Positions 27,101-40,670 of a stretch of DNA of 64,000 bases are shown piece by piece. Every line of letters begins with the position of its first letter. Within the stretch, counting starts at the first letter, position 1. Source of the DNA: the human T2T-CHM13v2.0 reference genome, Homo sapiens; NCBI RefSeq assembly GCF_009914755.1, contig NC_060935.1, one strand, 5' to 3'. The notes under the pieces were generated by a model. That model was not told the DNA's origin, did not search any database, and worked only from the letters and a program-made list of their open reading frames with translations. The translations under genes and the position numbers were made by a program.

Positions 27101-28968
27101 ACTCTTGGTAAGTTGTAGGTTTCTAGGAATTTATCCATTTCTTCTGTTATCTAATTTGTTGGTGTATAATTTTTCATAGTATTCTCTTATGATCCTTTCT
27201 ATTTCTGTGATGTCAATCATAATGCCACCTTTTTAACTTATGATTTTATTTGAGTCCTTTTTATTTTTTGTGATTAGTCGAGTTAGAGGTTTGTCAATTT
27301 TGTTTATATTTTCAAAAAATCAACTCTTACTTTTTTAAACTTTTCTATTATCTTTCTAGTGTCTATTTTTTTCTCTAATATTTATTCTTTCCTTCTGCTT
27401 ACTTTAGGGTGAGTTTTTCTTCTTTTTCTAATTGAGATATAAAATTACATTGCTTATTTGAGATCTTTCTTCTTTATTAAAGTAGGCAGGTGTTGCTATA
27501 AACTTTTCTCTTAGCACAGCTTTAGCTGTACCCCATAAGTTTCTGTATGTTAGGTTTCCATTTTCCTTCGTTTCAAGATATTTTAAAATTTTCTTTTTAA
27601 TTTTTTCTTTGACTTATTATTTGTTCGGGGGTGTCCTGTTTAATTTCCACATGTGTGTCAATTTTCCAAAATTCCTCCTGTTACTAACTTCTAGTTTTAT
27701 AACACTGTGGTCAGAAAAGATACTTGAGTTGATTTCAGTCTTCTTAAACTTGTTAAAATTTGTTTTGTATGCCAACATATGATTCATACTGCAGAATACT
27801 TCATGTGCTCTTAAGAAGAATATGTATTCCACTAGTGTTGGATGAAATATTCTTTATATGTCCGTTAGGTCCATTTGGTCTATAGCATTATTCATTTATG
27901 ATGTTTCCTTATTGATTTTTTGTCTCGATGATCTGTTCATTGTTGAAAGTGGGATATTGAAGTCCCCTTCCATAAGCATATTGCTGTGTGTTTCTCCCTT
28001 CAGTTCATTAATATTTTCTAATATACACAGGTGCCCCAGTGTTAGGTGCATGTATATTTACAATTGTTATGTCCTTTTGATGAATTGACAACTGTATCAT
28101 CAAATAGTGATTTTTTTGCCTCTTGTGACAGATTTTGACTGAAAATCTATTTTGTCTAGTGTAAGAATAGTTGCTCTTGCTGTCTTTTGGTTAACATTTA
28201 CATGGAATAACTTTTTCCAACTCTCACTTTCAATCTATATGTGTCCTTAGGCTAAAGTGAGTCTCCTGTAGGTACCATATTGTTCAGTCTTTTTTTGTAG
28301 TTGTTGTTTTAAATCCATTTAGTCACTCTATCTTTTAATTGAGGAATTAATTCATTTACACTTAAAGTAATTATTAACAGGTCAGAACTTACTATTGCCA
28401 TTTTGTCAATTGTTTACTGACTACATTGTAATTCCTTTATTTTTCTCTTCTAATCTTGCTATCTTTCGTGTAATTTGTTAAATTTTTTGTAGTGGTATGT
28501 CTTGATGTCTTTCCTTTTATCTTGTAGGTATAGGTATTTTTCTTTGTGGTTACCATGGGGCTTGCATAAAACATAATTATAATATTCAAATTTAAGCCAA
28601 TAACAACTAATCTTCAATTGCATAAAAAAACTCTACACTTTTGTTTCTCTGCCCTCCACACACATTTTATGCTATTGATGCCACAATTTGCACCTTTTTT
28701 ATTGTGTAACCATTTATGCATTATTATAGTATAGTATATTTTTAATACTTTTATCTTTTAACTTTTAAACTAGAGTTAAAAGTGATTTATAGACTACCAT
28801 GACAGTATTACAGTATTCTGAATTTGACTATGTATTTATTTTTACGAATAAGAGTTATAATTTCATATGTTTTCATGTTGTTACTTCAGTTTCCTTTTAT
28901 TTCTACTCAAAAACTCCTTTTAGCATTTCTTATAAGGCAGGTTTCGTGGTGATAAGCTTCCTCAGCCA
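24200..28968 (-). mobile_element. Long L1MA-family element (3'UTR through ORF2)
   Basis: Minus-strand ORF remnants [12 protein letters not shown] (26105-26380), MDKFLETYNLPR (26827-27138) and SIFSDHS (27617-27832). Internal TA-rich tract at ~24610-24755. Confidence 0.9.
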
Positions 28969-28969
28969 T

Positions 28970-29586
28970 TTTTTAAATACATTTTATCATTTATACTTGA
29001 GATTTACAACATACATGTAGATAGTAAAATGATTACTATAGTGAAGCAAATTAACAATGTCTATCATTTCACATAGTTACTCTCTGTGATAAGAACAGCT
29101 AAAATCTACTTATTTAACAAAAATCCCTAATTCAATACAATTTTACTAACTACAGTCCTCAAATTGTTCATTAGACCTCTAGTCTTGTTTATTCTACATA
29201 TCTGCCACTTTGTATCTTTTGACTTATATCTCCCCATTTCCTCCCCTCCACCCCATTTCTGATAACCACTGTTTCATTCTCTATGTCTGTATATTTGACT
29301 TTTTTTGTTTTTAGATTCCACATTAAAGTGAGATGCAATATTTGTCTTTCTGTGTCTGGCTTATTTTACTTAGCACACTGTCATTCAGGTCTATCCATGA
29401 TTTAGCAAATGGTAGAGTCTCCTTTTTTAAGGTTGAGTAATATGTTGAATATTATTTAAATATGCATATTTTTCACATTTTTAAATTCATTCATTCATTG
29501 ATGTACACTTAGGTTGTTTGCATATCTTGGCTATTGTAAATAATGCTACCATGAACATGGGAATACAGATATTTTTACAAGGTAGT
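28970..29586 (-). mobile_element. L1MA10-like 3' fragment
   Basis: gttactc...cagctaaaatctacttatttaacaaaaatccc...attagacctctagtcttgtttattctacatatctg. Confidence 0.7.
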
Positions 29587-29866
29587 TGTATTAGGCCATT
29601 CTCACATTGCTATAAAGAAATACCTGAGACTGGACAATTTATTTTTAAAAGAGGTTTGATTGGCTCATGGTTATTCAGACTGTACAGGAAGCATAATGCT
29701 GGCTTCTGCTCAGCTTCTGGAGAGGCCTCAGAAAACTTACAATCATGGTGGAAGGTGGAAGGCAAAGGGGTAACAGGCACATTACATGGCAAAAGCAGGA
29801 GCAAGAGAGTGAGGTGGGAGGTGCCACACACTTTTAAATGACCAGATCTTGTGAGAACTCACTCAC
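29587..29866 (-). mobile_element. MSTA MaLR LTR, truncated
   Basis: tgtattaggccattctcacattgctataaagaaatacctgagactgg...gtgagaactcactcac, then an abrupt stop. Confidence 0.85.
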
Positions 29867-30027
29867 AGTTTGTAAAAATCAATTGATTATATATCTGTGG
29901 ATCTATGTTTAGTTTTGTTTTTTTTTTTTTTGCCAGTACCACATGGTGTCAATTACCATGGTTCTTTATACTAAGTCTCATACTCTTACTCTAAGTCTTT
30001 TAACTTTGTGTTTTTTTGTGCTCTAAG

Positions 30028-30340
30028 TATATTAGTTATCTATGGCTGCATAGCAATCTGCCTAACACTTAGAGGCTTAAAACAATAAACATTTATTATC
30101 TCACAATTTTTGTCAGTCAGGAATTTAGAGCAGCTTAGTTGGGTTTTTCTAGATAAGATTCTCTCATAAAGTTGAAACAGAGATATCAGCCCAAACTACA
30201 GTCATCTGAAGGCTTGATTGGGCTAGAAGACTTATTTTCAATTTCACTTAGATGTTGGCGAGGGGCATCAGTGTCTCACCACTTAGACATCTCCATAAGG
30301 CTTCTCACAATATGACAGCTAGCTTCCCCAAAAATGAATG

Positions 30341-30392
<52 letters not shown>

Positions 30393-30602
30393 GAGAGAGA
30401 GAGTTAGAGAGAGAGAGAGAGAAGGAGAAAATGTAAAAGGGTGTCTTCTGACCAATAGAACATGGTAGAACTAATAGTATGTCACCTCCAAATTTGGTTA
30501 ATTCTGCCATATTCTATTAGTTCTACCATATTCTATTGGTCACACAGAGACTAATCTGAATACCAGGATCATTAGGGGTTATCTTGGGGACTGATTACCA
30601 CA
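30028..30602 (-). mobile_element. MLT1F-like MaLR solo LTR inserted in old L1M
   Basis: tattagttatctatggctgc...cagtcatctgaaggcttga...ggatcattagggg...taccaca. Confidence 0.8.
30343..30422. repeat. Compound (GT)24 / (AG)n microsatellite
   Basis: Seen directly, inside the MLT1F-like LTR. Confidence 0.98.
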
Positions 30603-33060
30603 AAAGATTCATTGCCCATCTATATAAACTTCAGAATGAACTTGTTAATTCTTACTCTACCTGCTAAGAAAAGAACTTGTTATAGTTTTCATAAGACTCC
30701 ATTGAATCTATAGATTAATTTAGGTAAACTGATGTGTAACAATATTGAGTCTTCCAATCTATGAACACAATATTATCGTGTTTCATTTACTTAGGTCTTC
30801 CTTGATTACTGTCATTAATGTTTTATAATTTTCAGCATAAAAATATTACATATATTTTGTTAGATTTATCCTTTATGATTCATGGTTTGTGTTGGCATTA
30901 TATATGGTACTCTTTTTATAAATTTAACTTTCCAATTGTGCATTGCTAGCATATAGAAAACAACTAATATTCAAAAATCTGTATTCTGCAAACTTGCTAA
31001 ACTCACTTATTAATTTTAATAGCTTTTCAGATTCTTTAGGATATTCTATACAGAAGTTTATGTTTTCTGAAAATTTCAAGAATTTTACTTCTCTTCTAAT
31101 TGTATGCTTTTGTTTCCTTTTCTTTCTTTATTGCACTGTTGGGGTCCTCCAGCACAATATTTAAGAGCGGTAAGAGTAGACATCCTTGCCTTTTTCCTGA
31201 CCTGAGTTATAGGTCTTCAAAGCTGCCATTTATCAATTAGAGAATGTTCCCTTTTGTTCCCTTTTGCTGAGAGTTGTTATCAAGAATACGTGTTGGATTT
31301 TGTCAAATCATTTTCCTATACATATTATCATGGTCAAATGTTTTTCTTTAGCCCATTGAATTGTAGATTACATTGATTAATTTGTAAATGCTGTACTGAC
31401 CTTGCATCCTGAGATAAACTCCACTTGGTCATAATGTATTATCCTTTTTGTATATTACTAGATCAATTTATTAATATTTTATCAAGAAGTTTTGCATCCA
31501 AGTTCATGAGGGATATTTGTCTGTTGTTTTCTTGTAATGTTTGGTTTTTGTGTAAGGATAATGCTGACCTCATAAAGTGTTTCCTCTTCTTTTATTTCCT
31601 GCAAAAATTTGTGCAGAACTGGTATTTTTTTCCTTAAATGTTTAGTAGAATTCACCAGTGAAATCACCTGAGACTGTAGTTTCTTTTTGTTGGGAGATAT
31701 TCAGGTTATCTGTTTTCTGAGTGAGCTTGTGCTAAGTTTATGTCTTTCATGAAATGTATTGACTTTTTTTTATGTTTTCAAATTTATTGACACAGTGTTG
31801 TTCAAAACATGTCTTTATTATCTTTTTAATATCAGTGTGATCTGTATGATGTTTTCTCTTTCATTTGTGTTATTGTTTATTTCTATCTTTCTTTTGTTCT
31901 TGATCAGGTTTGGCTAGAGGTTTGTCAATTTTATTGATCTTTTCAAAGAACTTTTGATTTTGTTTTTTTCTCTATTGTTTTACTATTTTTATTTATTTTT
32001 ACTCATAATTATTATTTCTTCCCTTCTGTTTTTTGTTTAATCTTTTCTTCTACTTTTGGTTTCTTAAAGTAAAAACTTAGGTAATTTATTCAAAACCTTT
32101 TTTATTGTCTAATATAAATATTTAATGCTATAAATTTATTTATAAGCACTTATTTTACCTGCATATCAAAAGTTATGCTTCAATTTCCATTAAATCCAAA
32201 ATTGTTACTAATTTTCCCTGTGATTTCCTCTTTGATACATTGGTTATTTGCAAGTACAGTGTTTAATTTCCAAATACCTGGGGATTTTCTAGATACCATT
32301 CTACTATTGACTTCTATTTTAATTGTATCATGGTCAGAGAATATGTTTCTTAAAATTTTAATTAAATTTTTTGTTTTTATTGTTTTCATGGCCCAAAACA
32401 TGATCTATTTTAACAAACATTCCATATACACTTGAAAAACATGTATATTCTGTTATTGTTGGATAGAATGTTATATAAATTTTAATTAGGTTATGTTGGT
32501 TAATAATACTGCTCATGGCAATTTAATCTTACTATTTTCTGTCTACTTGTTCTATTAATTAATGAGAGATTATGAAGCCTTTGACTATAATTATAGATTT
32601 CTCTCTTCTGTAAGTTCTATCAGCTTTTGCTTTGTGTATTTTGAAATATATTATTAGGTGCATAAACATTTAGAATTATTAGTCTTCTTAATACATTTAT
32701 CAAGAGTATAGTTTTCAGCCAAAGACTCAAGGGAATTCCTATGCTGTTTTCTGGAGCTCTTTATCTGTATAGCTTCCCCTCTTCAGTATTCGGTCTTGTA
32801 AATTTTTGCCACCCCAATCTCACTGAACTCTGATCTCTAACTTCTCAACTCAGCAAGACCATGAGGCTGTTTTGGCTCACAGGTCAGGAATTGCTTCAGT
32901 GAAGAAAGCCATGGTGATTGTATGGCTCCCTTGGTTTGTTTCCTTTCTCTCAGGGATTACAGTCCTGCCTATCTCCTGTTCAAGATCTGAAAAATGTTGT
33001 TTTACATATGTTGTCCAGTTTTCTAGTTGTTGATGTTGTCAGTTCTTTATAGCCAGAGTG
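30603..33060 (-). mobile_element. Old L1M ORF2 fragments plus an L1M 5'UTR-like piece (~32700-33060)
   Basis: Minus-strand remnants such as NIFSDHDTIKIEVN (32180-32401) and LYEVSIIL (31482-31667). Confidence 0.75.
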
Positions 33061-35781
33061 GAATTTGCTATATTAGATTTTTATCTTCCACTTTATTAGG
33101 TGTATTGCCCAGTTGCTTTCAGCTATACTCCTTTAACAATGTTTAAGAGTTTCTTAATTTCTCTCTTTTTTTTTTTTTTAGTTTCTAAATTTCTCACCAC
33201 CACTTACTTTTGTAAATCCAATAGATGTCAAGTGACAGCCGATTTTTTTAAGTTTGTATTTCCTGATTACTAGTGAGGATAAGCACCTTTCTTTTTATAT
33301 GTTTTTGGATATAAATTTCCCCAGGTTATATGTCTTAGTAATGGTGAACATATATCTTTGTTTACTGAGGAAGTCCCAGGGTATATTTTAGGGTAGATAA
33401 ATATCATTCGATGTCATATTATTTATTGTGTTTACTGATATTTGGATTTAATTATACTTTTCATTGTTTTGTTCTTCCCCAGACTTTTCTGCTTTCTCTT
33501 GCTTTTAATTTGATTGATTGCATTTCTTTTTAATTCCCTTCTTTTATGCATTATATTCCTATTTTCTATGTGTTTGTGGTTAGCTTTACATTTTTAACAT
33601 AACTGCTGACTTGAAAAATCTAAAGTTAATCGATATTTGTACTCTAAACAAAACAAGAAAGTTTGAACATTTTAACTTCCAACTATTATGCTAAAAATAT
33701 TTTACTTGATGTTATCGCTCAACTCACTATTTTATTTTCCACCTTCTTTTTGTAGTCCTCAAGTTATTTATTTTTATAATTATTATTTTATATAACCCTT
33801 GTTGCTAATGTTGCCCCTGTGTTCACCAGTTTATTTACTCAGCATTATTTTTGCACCTTGCTCTTTCCTTCTGGGTTCAATTCCTTTCTTTAATTTTTCT
33901 CTCAGCAGGATTCTAGGAGTTATAGATTCACTTAACCCTTATTTTTCTGAATATATCTTTATTTCTCCTTCACTTTTTGAATGACAGTTTAGATAGGTAC
34001 AAAATTTTTTGTTGGCAATTATTTTTCTTTGGCATTTTGAAGATATTACATTATTTTCTATAGTAAACTCTCAGTTTCCTTTTATAAATTTCTTTTTGTC
34101 TTTGGCATTTGGCAGTTTCATTATGATGTGACTAGTTATGGGTTTATTTTTATTTATTCTGCAAGATCTTTGCACTTTTAAAACATGATTAATTAAGTTT
34201 GCTATCAATTCTGGGCAACTTTGCCTTTTATGCATTATTTTAGTTCTTTACTTCTGGAACTCCTATTGGGCATTTATTGAGGATTTATTATTCAATTCTC
34301 TATTTTTCTATTTTTCATCTGCTATGGTTTGATTGTGTTCCCCAAAGTTCATGTGCTGGAAACATAATACCAGTGTTGAGAGGTGAAACCTTTAAGAGAT
34401 GATACGGATCATGGTGGACAGGAGGCGGGACTAGATTGCAGCTCCAGACAGAGCAGCTTGCAGAAGCTCGCATTGTGAATTTTAGCTCCAAATTGACTGC
34501 AAGAACAAACCAGCAATCCCGAGAGGACCCACAGACCCTCTAAAGGAAGCGGACTGCTCCTGCATGACCCAGGAGACACCCCAAATACTGTGAGTGTGGA
34601 AATGAGAAAGGAAGACCCTCCTCTCCTGAACATATACCCCCACTGTAGAAGCTGAAGGTCTGTTTGTAGGAGAAGTTGCTGACTTTAGCTGGAGCTGAGT
34701 CAATTTAGAGAACCAAGTGAAATACAGGGGTAGAGGAAGCAGCAGAAAGGCCCTTGGAGCTCACTGCATCCCCTAGTAGGCCATTCTTACCTGGCACCAC
34801 AGGGATCCATCGGGAGGGTGACCAGAGGAGTAGGGGGTGAAACTCCACAGGAAAAAGGACATCTCTAGCTGAACTTTGCAACAATTTGAAAGGGGTGAGG
34901 AGCCTTCTGGCCAGAACTTGGGGGAGGGTGCGAATCCAGTGTGCAGACTCCATAGGCAGGGGAGGAACCAATCCCTTTTCTTTCACAGCTAGAAGGCTGG
35001 TAGCCCAGGGCAAGTTTTCAAGCCCATCATGCCCTCTGCCTGGAAATAGACTCGGGGCTGTTGGGGTGAAGGACATGGTGGGAATGAGACCGGCCCTTCA
35101 GTTTACATGGGAGCTGGGTAAGGCCTGTGACTGCCAGCTTTCCCCCACTTTCCTGATGACCTGTATGACTCAGCAAAGGCAGCCATTATCCTGCTAGGTA
35201 CACAACTCCAATGACCTGAGGATCTCACTCCCATTCCCCACAGCAGCTGCAGCAAGACCTGCCCAAGGAGAGTCTGAGCTCACACACACCTAGCCCCACC
35301 CCCACCTGATGGTCCTTCCCTATCCTCTCTGGTAGCAGAAGACAAAAGGCATATAATCTTGGGATTATATTGGCCCTGCCCACCACTGGTTCCTCTCTAT
35401 ATTACTACAGCTGATGCTTTCTAGAACCATCACAAAAATAGAGCATTAAACCACCAAAGCTAAGAACTCTCATGGAGTCTATTGCACCCCCCACTGCCAC
35501 CTCCACCAGTACAGGCCCAGGTATCCATGGCTGAGAGACTCATAGACGGCTCACATCACAGAACTCTGTGCAGACAACCCCCAGTACCAGCCCACGGCTG
35601 GGTAGACTTATTGGGTGGCTAGACCCAGAAGAAAGACAATAATCACTGCAGTTTGGCTCACAGGAAGCCACATCCATAGGAAAAGGGGGAGAGTACTACA
35701 TCAAGGGAACATCCCGTGGGACAAAAGAATCTGAACAACAGCCTTCAACCCCAGACCTTCCCTCTGATAGGGCCTACCCAA

Positions 35782-36800
35782 ATGAGAAGGAACCAGAAAA
35801 TCAACCCTGGTAATATGACAAAACAAGGCTCTTCAACACCCCCAAAAATCATACTAGTTCATCAGCAATGGATCCAAACCAAAAAGAAATCCCTGATTTA
35901 CCTGAAAAATAATTCAGGAGGTTAGTTATTAAGGTAATCAGGACCAAAGAAAGGCAAAGCCCAATGCAAGGAAATCCAAAAAATGGCACAAGAAGTGAAG
36001 GGAGAAACATTCAAGGAAATAGATAGCTTAAAGAAAAAACAATAAAAAATTCAGGAAACTTTGGACACACCTGTAGAACTGCAAAATGCTCTAGACAATC
36101 TCAGCAATATAATTGAATAAGTAGAACAAAGAAATTCAGGGCTCAAAGACAAAGTCTTCTAACTAACCCAATCCAACCAAGACAAAGAAAGAAGAATAAG
36201 AAAATATGAGCAAAGACCCCAAGAAGCCTAGGATTATGTTAAATGCCCAAACTTAAGAATAATCAGTGTTGTTCCTCAGAAAGAAGAGAATTCTAAAAGC
36301 TTGGAAAACATATTAGGGGAAATAATTGAAGAAAACTTCCTCAGCCTTGCTAGAGACCTAGACATCCAAATACAAGAAGCAAGAAGCACAAAGAACACCT
36401 GGGAAATTCATCACAAAAAGATCTTCACCTAGGCACATTGTCATCAGGTTACCTAAAGTTAAGACAAAGGAAAGAATCTTAACAGCTGTGAGACAGAAGT
36501 ACCAGGTAACCTATAAAGGAAAATCTATCAGATTAACAGCAGATTTCTAAGCAAAACCCTACAGGCTAGAAGGAATTGGGGCCATATTTTCAGCCTCTTC
36601 AAACAAAACAATTATCAGCCAAGAATTCTGAATGCAGAGAAACTAAGCATCATATATGAAGGAACGATACAGTCATTTTCAGACAAACAAATGCTGACAG
36701 AATTTGCCATTACCAAGCAACCATTAGAAGAACTGCTAAAAGGAGCTCTAAATCTTGAAACAAATCCCAGAAACACATCAAAACAGAACCTCTTTAAAGC
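35782..36800 (+). pseudogene. L1PB1 ORF1 remnant
   Basis: Starts MRRNQKINPGNMTKQG, with many stops and frameshifts. End approximate. Confidence 0.8.
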
Positions 36801-36893
36801 ATATATCACACAGGACCTATAAAACAAAAATACAATTTAAAAATCTAAAACACAAAGCAAAAAAACCAAAGTACACAGACCACAAAAAGCACA

Positions 36894-39800
36894 ATGAATG
36901 CAAAGGCACCTCATTTTCAATACTAACATTGAATGTAAATGGCCTAAATGCTCCACTTAAAAGTTACAGAACTGCAGAATGGATAAGAACTCACCAACCA
37001 ACTATCTGCTGCCTTCAGGAGACTCACCTAACACATAAGGACTCACATAAACTTAAAGTAAAGGGGTGGAAAAAGGCATTTCATGCAAACGGACACCAAA
37101 AGCCAACAGCGGTAGCTATTCTTATATCAGCCAAAACACATTTTAAAGCAACAGCAGTTAAAAGAGACAAAGAGGGACATTATGTAATGGTAAAAGGCCT
37201 TGTCCAACAGGAAAATATCACAATCTTAAACATAGATGTGCCTAACACTGGAGCTCCTGAATTTATAAAACAATTACTAATAGACCTAAGAAATGAGGTA
37301 CACAGCAACACAATAATAGTGGGGACTTCAATATTCCACTGACAGCACTACACAGGTCATCAAGACAGAAAGTCAACAAACAAAAAATGGATTTAAATTT
37401 TACCTTGGAACAAATGCACTTAATGGATATATACAGATCATCTTATCCAGCCACCACAGAATACACATTTTATTCAACAGCGCATAGAATTTTCTTCAAG
37501 ATAGACTATATAATAGGCCATAAAATGAGCTTCAATAAATTTAAGAAAATTGAAATTATATTAAGCACTGTCTCAGACCACAGTGGAATAAAACTGGAAA
37601 TCAACTCCAAAAGGAACCTTCGGAACCATGCAAACATATGGAAATTAAATAACATGCTCCTGAATGAGCACTGGTTCAAAAGTGAAATCAAGATGGAAAT
37701 TAAAATATTCTTCGAACTGAATGACAATAATGACACAACCTATCAAAGCCTCTGGGATACAGCAAAGGCAGTGCTAAGAGGAAAGTTCATAGCCCTAAGC
37801 ACCTACACCAAAAAGACTGAAAGAGCACAAAATGACATTGTAGGGTCACAACTCAAGGAACTAGAGAAACAAGAACAAACCAAACCCAACCCCAGCAGAA
37901 GAAAGGAAATTACCAAGATCAGAGCAGAGCTAAATGAAATTGAAACAAAAAAATACAAAAGATAAATGAAACAAAAAGCTGGTTCTTTGAAAAGATAAAT
38001 AAATTTGATAGACTATTAGCAAGATTAACCAAGAAAAGAAGAGAGAAAATCCAAATAACCTCACTAAGAAATGAAACAGGAGGTATTACAACTGACACCA
38101 CTAAAATACAAAAGATCATTCACTGCTACTATGAACATCTTTATGCACATGAACTAGAAAATCTAGAAGAGATGGATAAATTCCTGGAAAAACACAACCC
38201 TCCTAGCTTAAATCAGGAAGAATTAGATATCCTGAAGAGACCAATAACAAGATGTGAGATTGAAATGGTAATTTTAAAATTACCAGCCAAAACAAGTACA
38301 GAACCAGATGGATTCACAGCAGAATTCTACCAGACATTCAAAGAATTGGTACCAATCCTTTTGACACTATTCCACAAAATAGAGAAAGAAGGTACCCTCC
38401 CTAATTCATTTTATGAAGCCAGCATCACCCTAATACCAAAACCAGGAAAGGACATAACCAAAAAAGAAAACTACAGACCGATATCCTTGATGAACATTGA
38501 TGCTAAAATCCTTAACAAAATACTAGTTGACCAAATCCAACAACATGTCAAAAAGATAATTCGCCATGATCAAGCGGGTTTCATACCAGGGATGCAGGGG
38601 TGGTTTAACATACATACATCAATAAATGTGATACACCACATAAACAGAATTAAAAATAAAAATCACATGATCATCTCAATAGATGCAGAAAAAGCATTTG
38701 ACAAAATCCAGCATCCTTTATGATTAAAACTCTCAGCAAAACCAGCATACACGAGATATATCTCAGTGTAATAAAAGCCATCTATGACAGTCAGCATAAT
38801 ACTGAATGGTGAAAAGTTGAAAGCATTCCCTCTGAGAACTGCAACAAGACAAGGATGCCCACTCTAACCACTCCTTTTCAACATAGTACTGGAAGTCCTA
38901 GCCAGGGCAATCAGACAAGAGAATGAAATAAAGGGCATCCAGATTGGTAAAAAGGAAGTCAAACTCTCACTGTTTGCTGATGATATGATCATTTACCTTG
39001 AAAATCCTAAGGACTCCTCCAGAAAGCTCCTGGAACTGTTAAAAGTATTCAGCAAAGTTTTCAGATACAAGATTAATGTACACAAATCAGTATCTCCTCT
39101 ATACACCAACAGCAACTAAGCAGAGAATCAAATCAAGAACTCAACCCCTTTTACAATAGCTGCAAAATAAATAAATAAATAAAATACTTAGGAATATACC
39201 TAACCAAGGAGTCAAAAGACCTCTAAAAGGAAAACTACAAAACACTGCTAAAAAATAATCATAGATGACACAAACAAATGGAAACAAATCCCATGCTCAT
39301 GGATGGCTAGAATCAATATTGTAAAAATGACCATACTGCAAAAAGCAATCTACAAATTCAATGCAGTCCCCATCATAAAAAATGATGGTGATATCAAAAA
39401 GCAAAAAGAACAAACCTGGAGGCATCACACTACCTGATTTCAAATTCTACTATAAGGCCATAGTCACCAAAACAGCATGGTACTGGTATAAAAATAGGCA
39501 TACAGACCAGTGGAACAAAATAGATAACCCAGAATACTTACAATACTTACAGCCAACTGATCTTCAACAAAGCAAACAAACAAAAAGCAAACAAAAACAC
39601 AAAGTGGGGAAAGGACACCCTTTTCAACCAAATGGTTCTGGGATAATTGGCTAGCCACATATAGGAGAATGAAACTGGACCCTCATCTCTCACTGTATAC
39701 AGAAATCAACTCAAGATGGATTAACGACTTGAACCTAAGACCTGAAACTATAAAAATTCTAGAAGAAAACATTGGAAAAACCCTCCTGGACATTGGCTTA

Positions 39801-40670
39801 GGCAAGGATTTCATGTCCAAGAACCCAAAAGCAAATGCAATAAAAACAAAGATAAACATCTGGGACCTAATTAAACTAAAGAGCTTTTGTGTGTCAAAAG
39901 GAACAGTCAGTAGAATAAACAAGACAACCCACAGAGTGGGAGAAAATGTTCCCAATCTATACATCTGACAAAGGACTAATATCCAGCACCTACAACAAAC
40001 TCAAACAAATCAGTAAGAAAAAAAAAACAATCCCATCAAAAAGCATGCTAAGAACATGAATAGACAATTCTCAAAAGAAGATATACAAATGGCCGACAAA
40101 CATGAAAAAAATGCTCAACATCACACTAAAGATCAGGGAAATGCAAATCAAAACCACAATGCAATACCACCTTACTCCTGCAAGAATGGTCATAAAAAAA
40201 AAAAAAAAAAAAAAAAAAACAGTAGATGTTGGCATGGATGCAGTGAACAGGGAACAATTCTACACTGCTGGTGGGAATGTCAACTAGTACAGCCACTATG
40301 GAAAACAGTGTGGAGATTCCTTAAAGAGCTAAAAGTAGAACTACCATTTGATCCAGCAATCCCACTACTGGGTATCTACCCAGAGGAAATGAAGTCATCA
40401 TTATTTGAAAAAGATACTTGCACACACATGTTTATAGTGGCAAAATTCACAATAGCAAAATCGTGGAACCAACCCAAATGCCCATCAATCAACAAGTGGA
40501 TAAAGAAACCGTGGTATATATGTAGGAAGGAATACTACACAGTCATAAAAAGGAATAAATTAACAGCATTTGCAGTGACCTGGATGAGATTGGAGACTGT
40601 TATTCTAAGTGAAGTAACTCAGTAATAGAAAACCAAACATCGTATGTTCTCACTGATACGTGGGAGCTAA
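36894..40670 (+). pseudogene. L1PB1 ORF2 remnant
   Basis: Fragments with [36 protein letters not shown] (~38973) and [11 protein letters not shown]. Multiple frameshifts. Confidence 0.92.
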
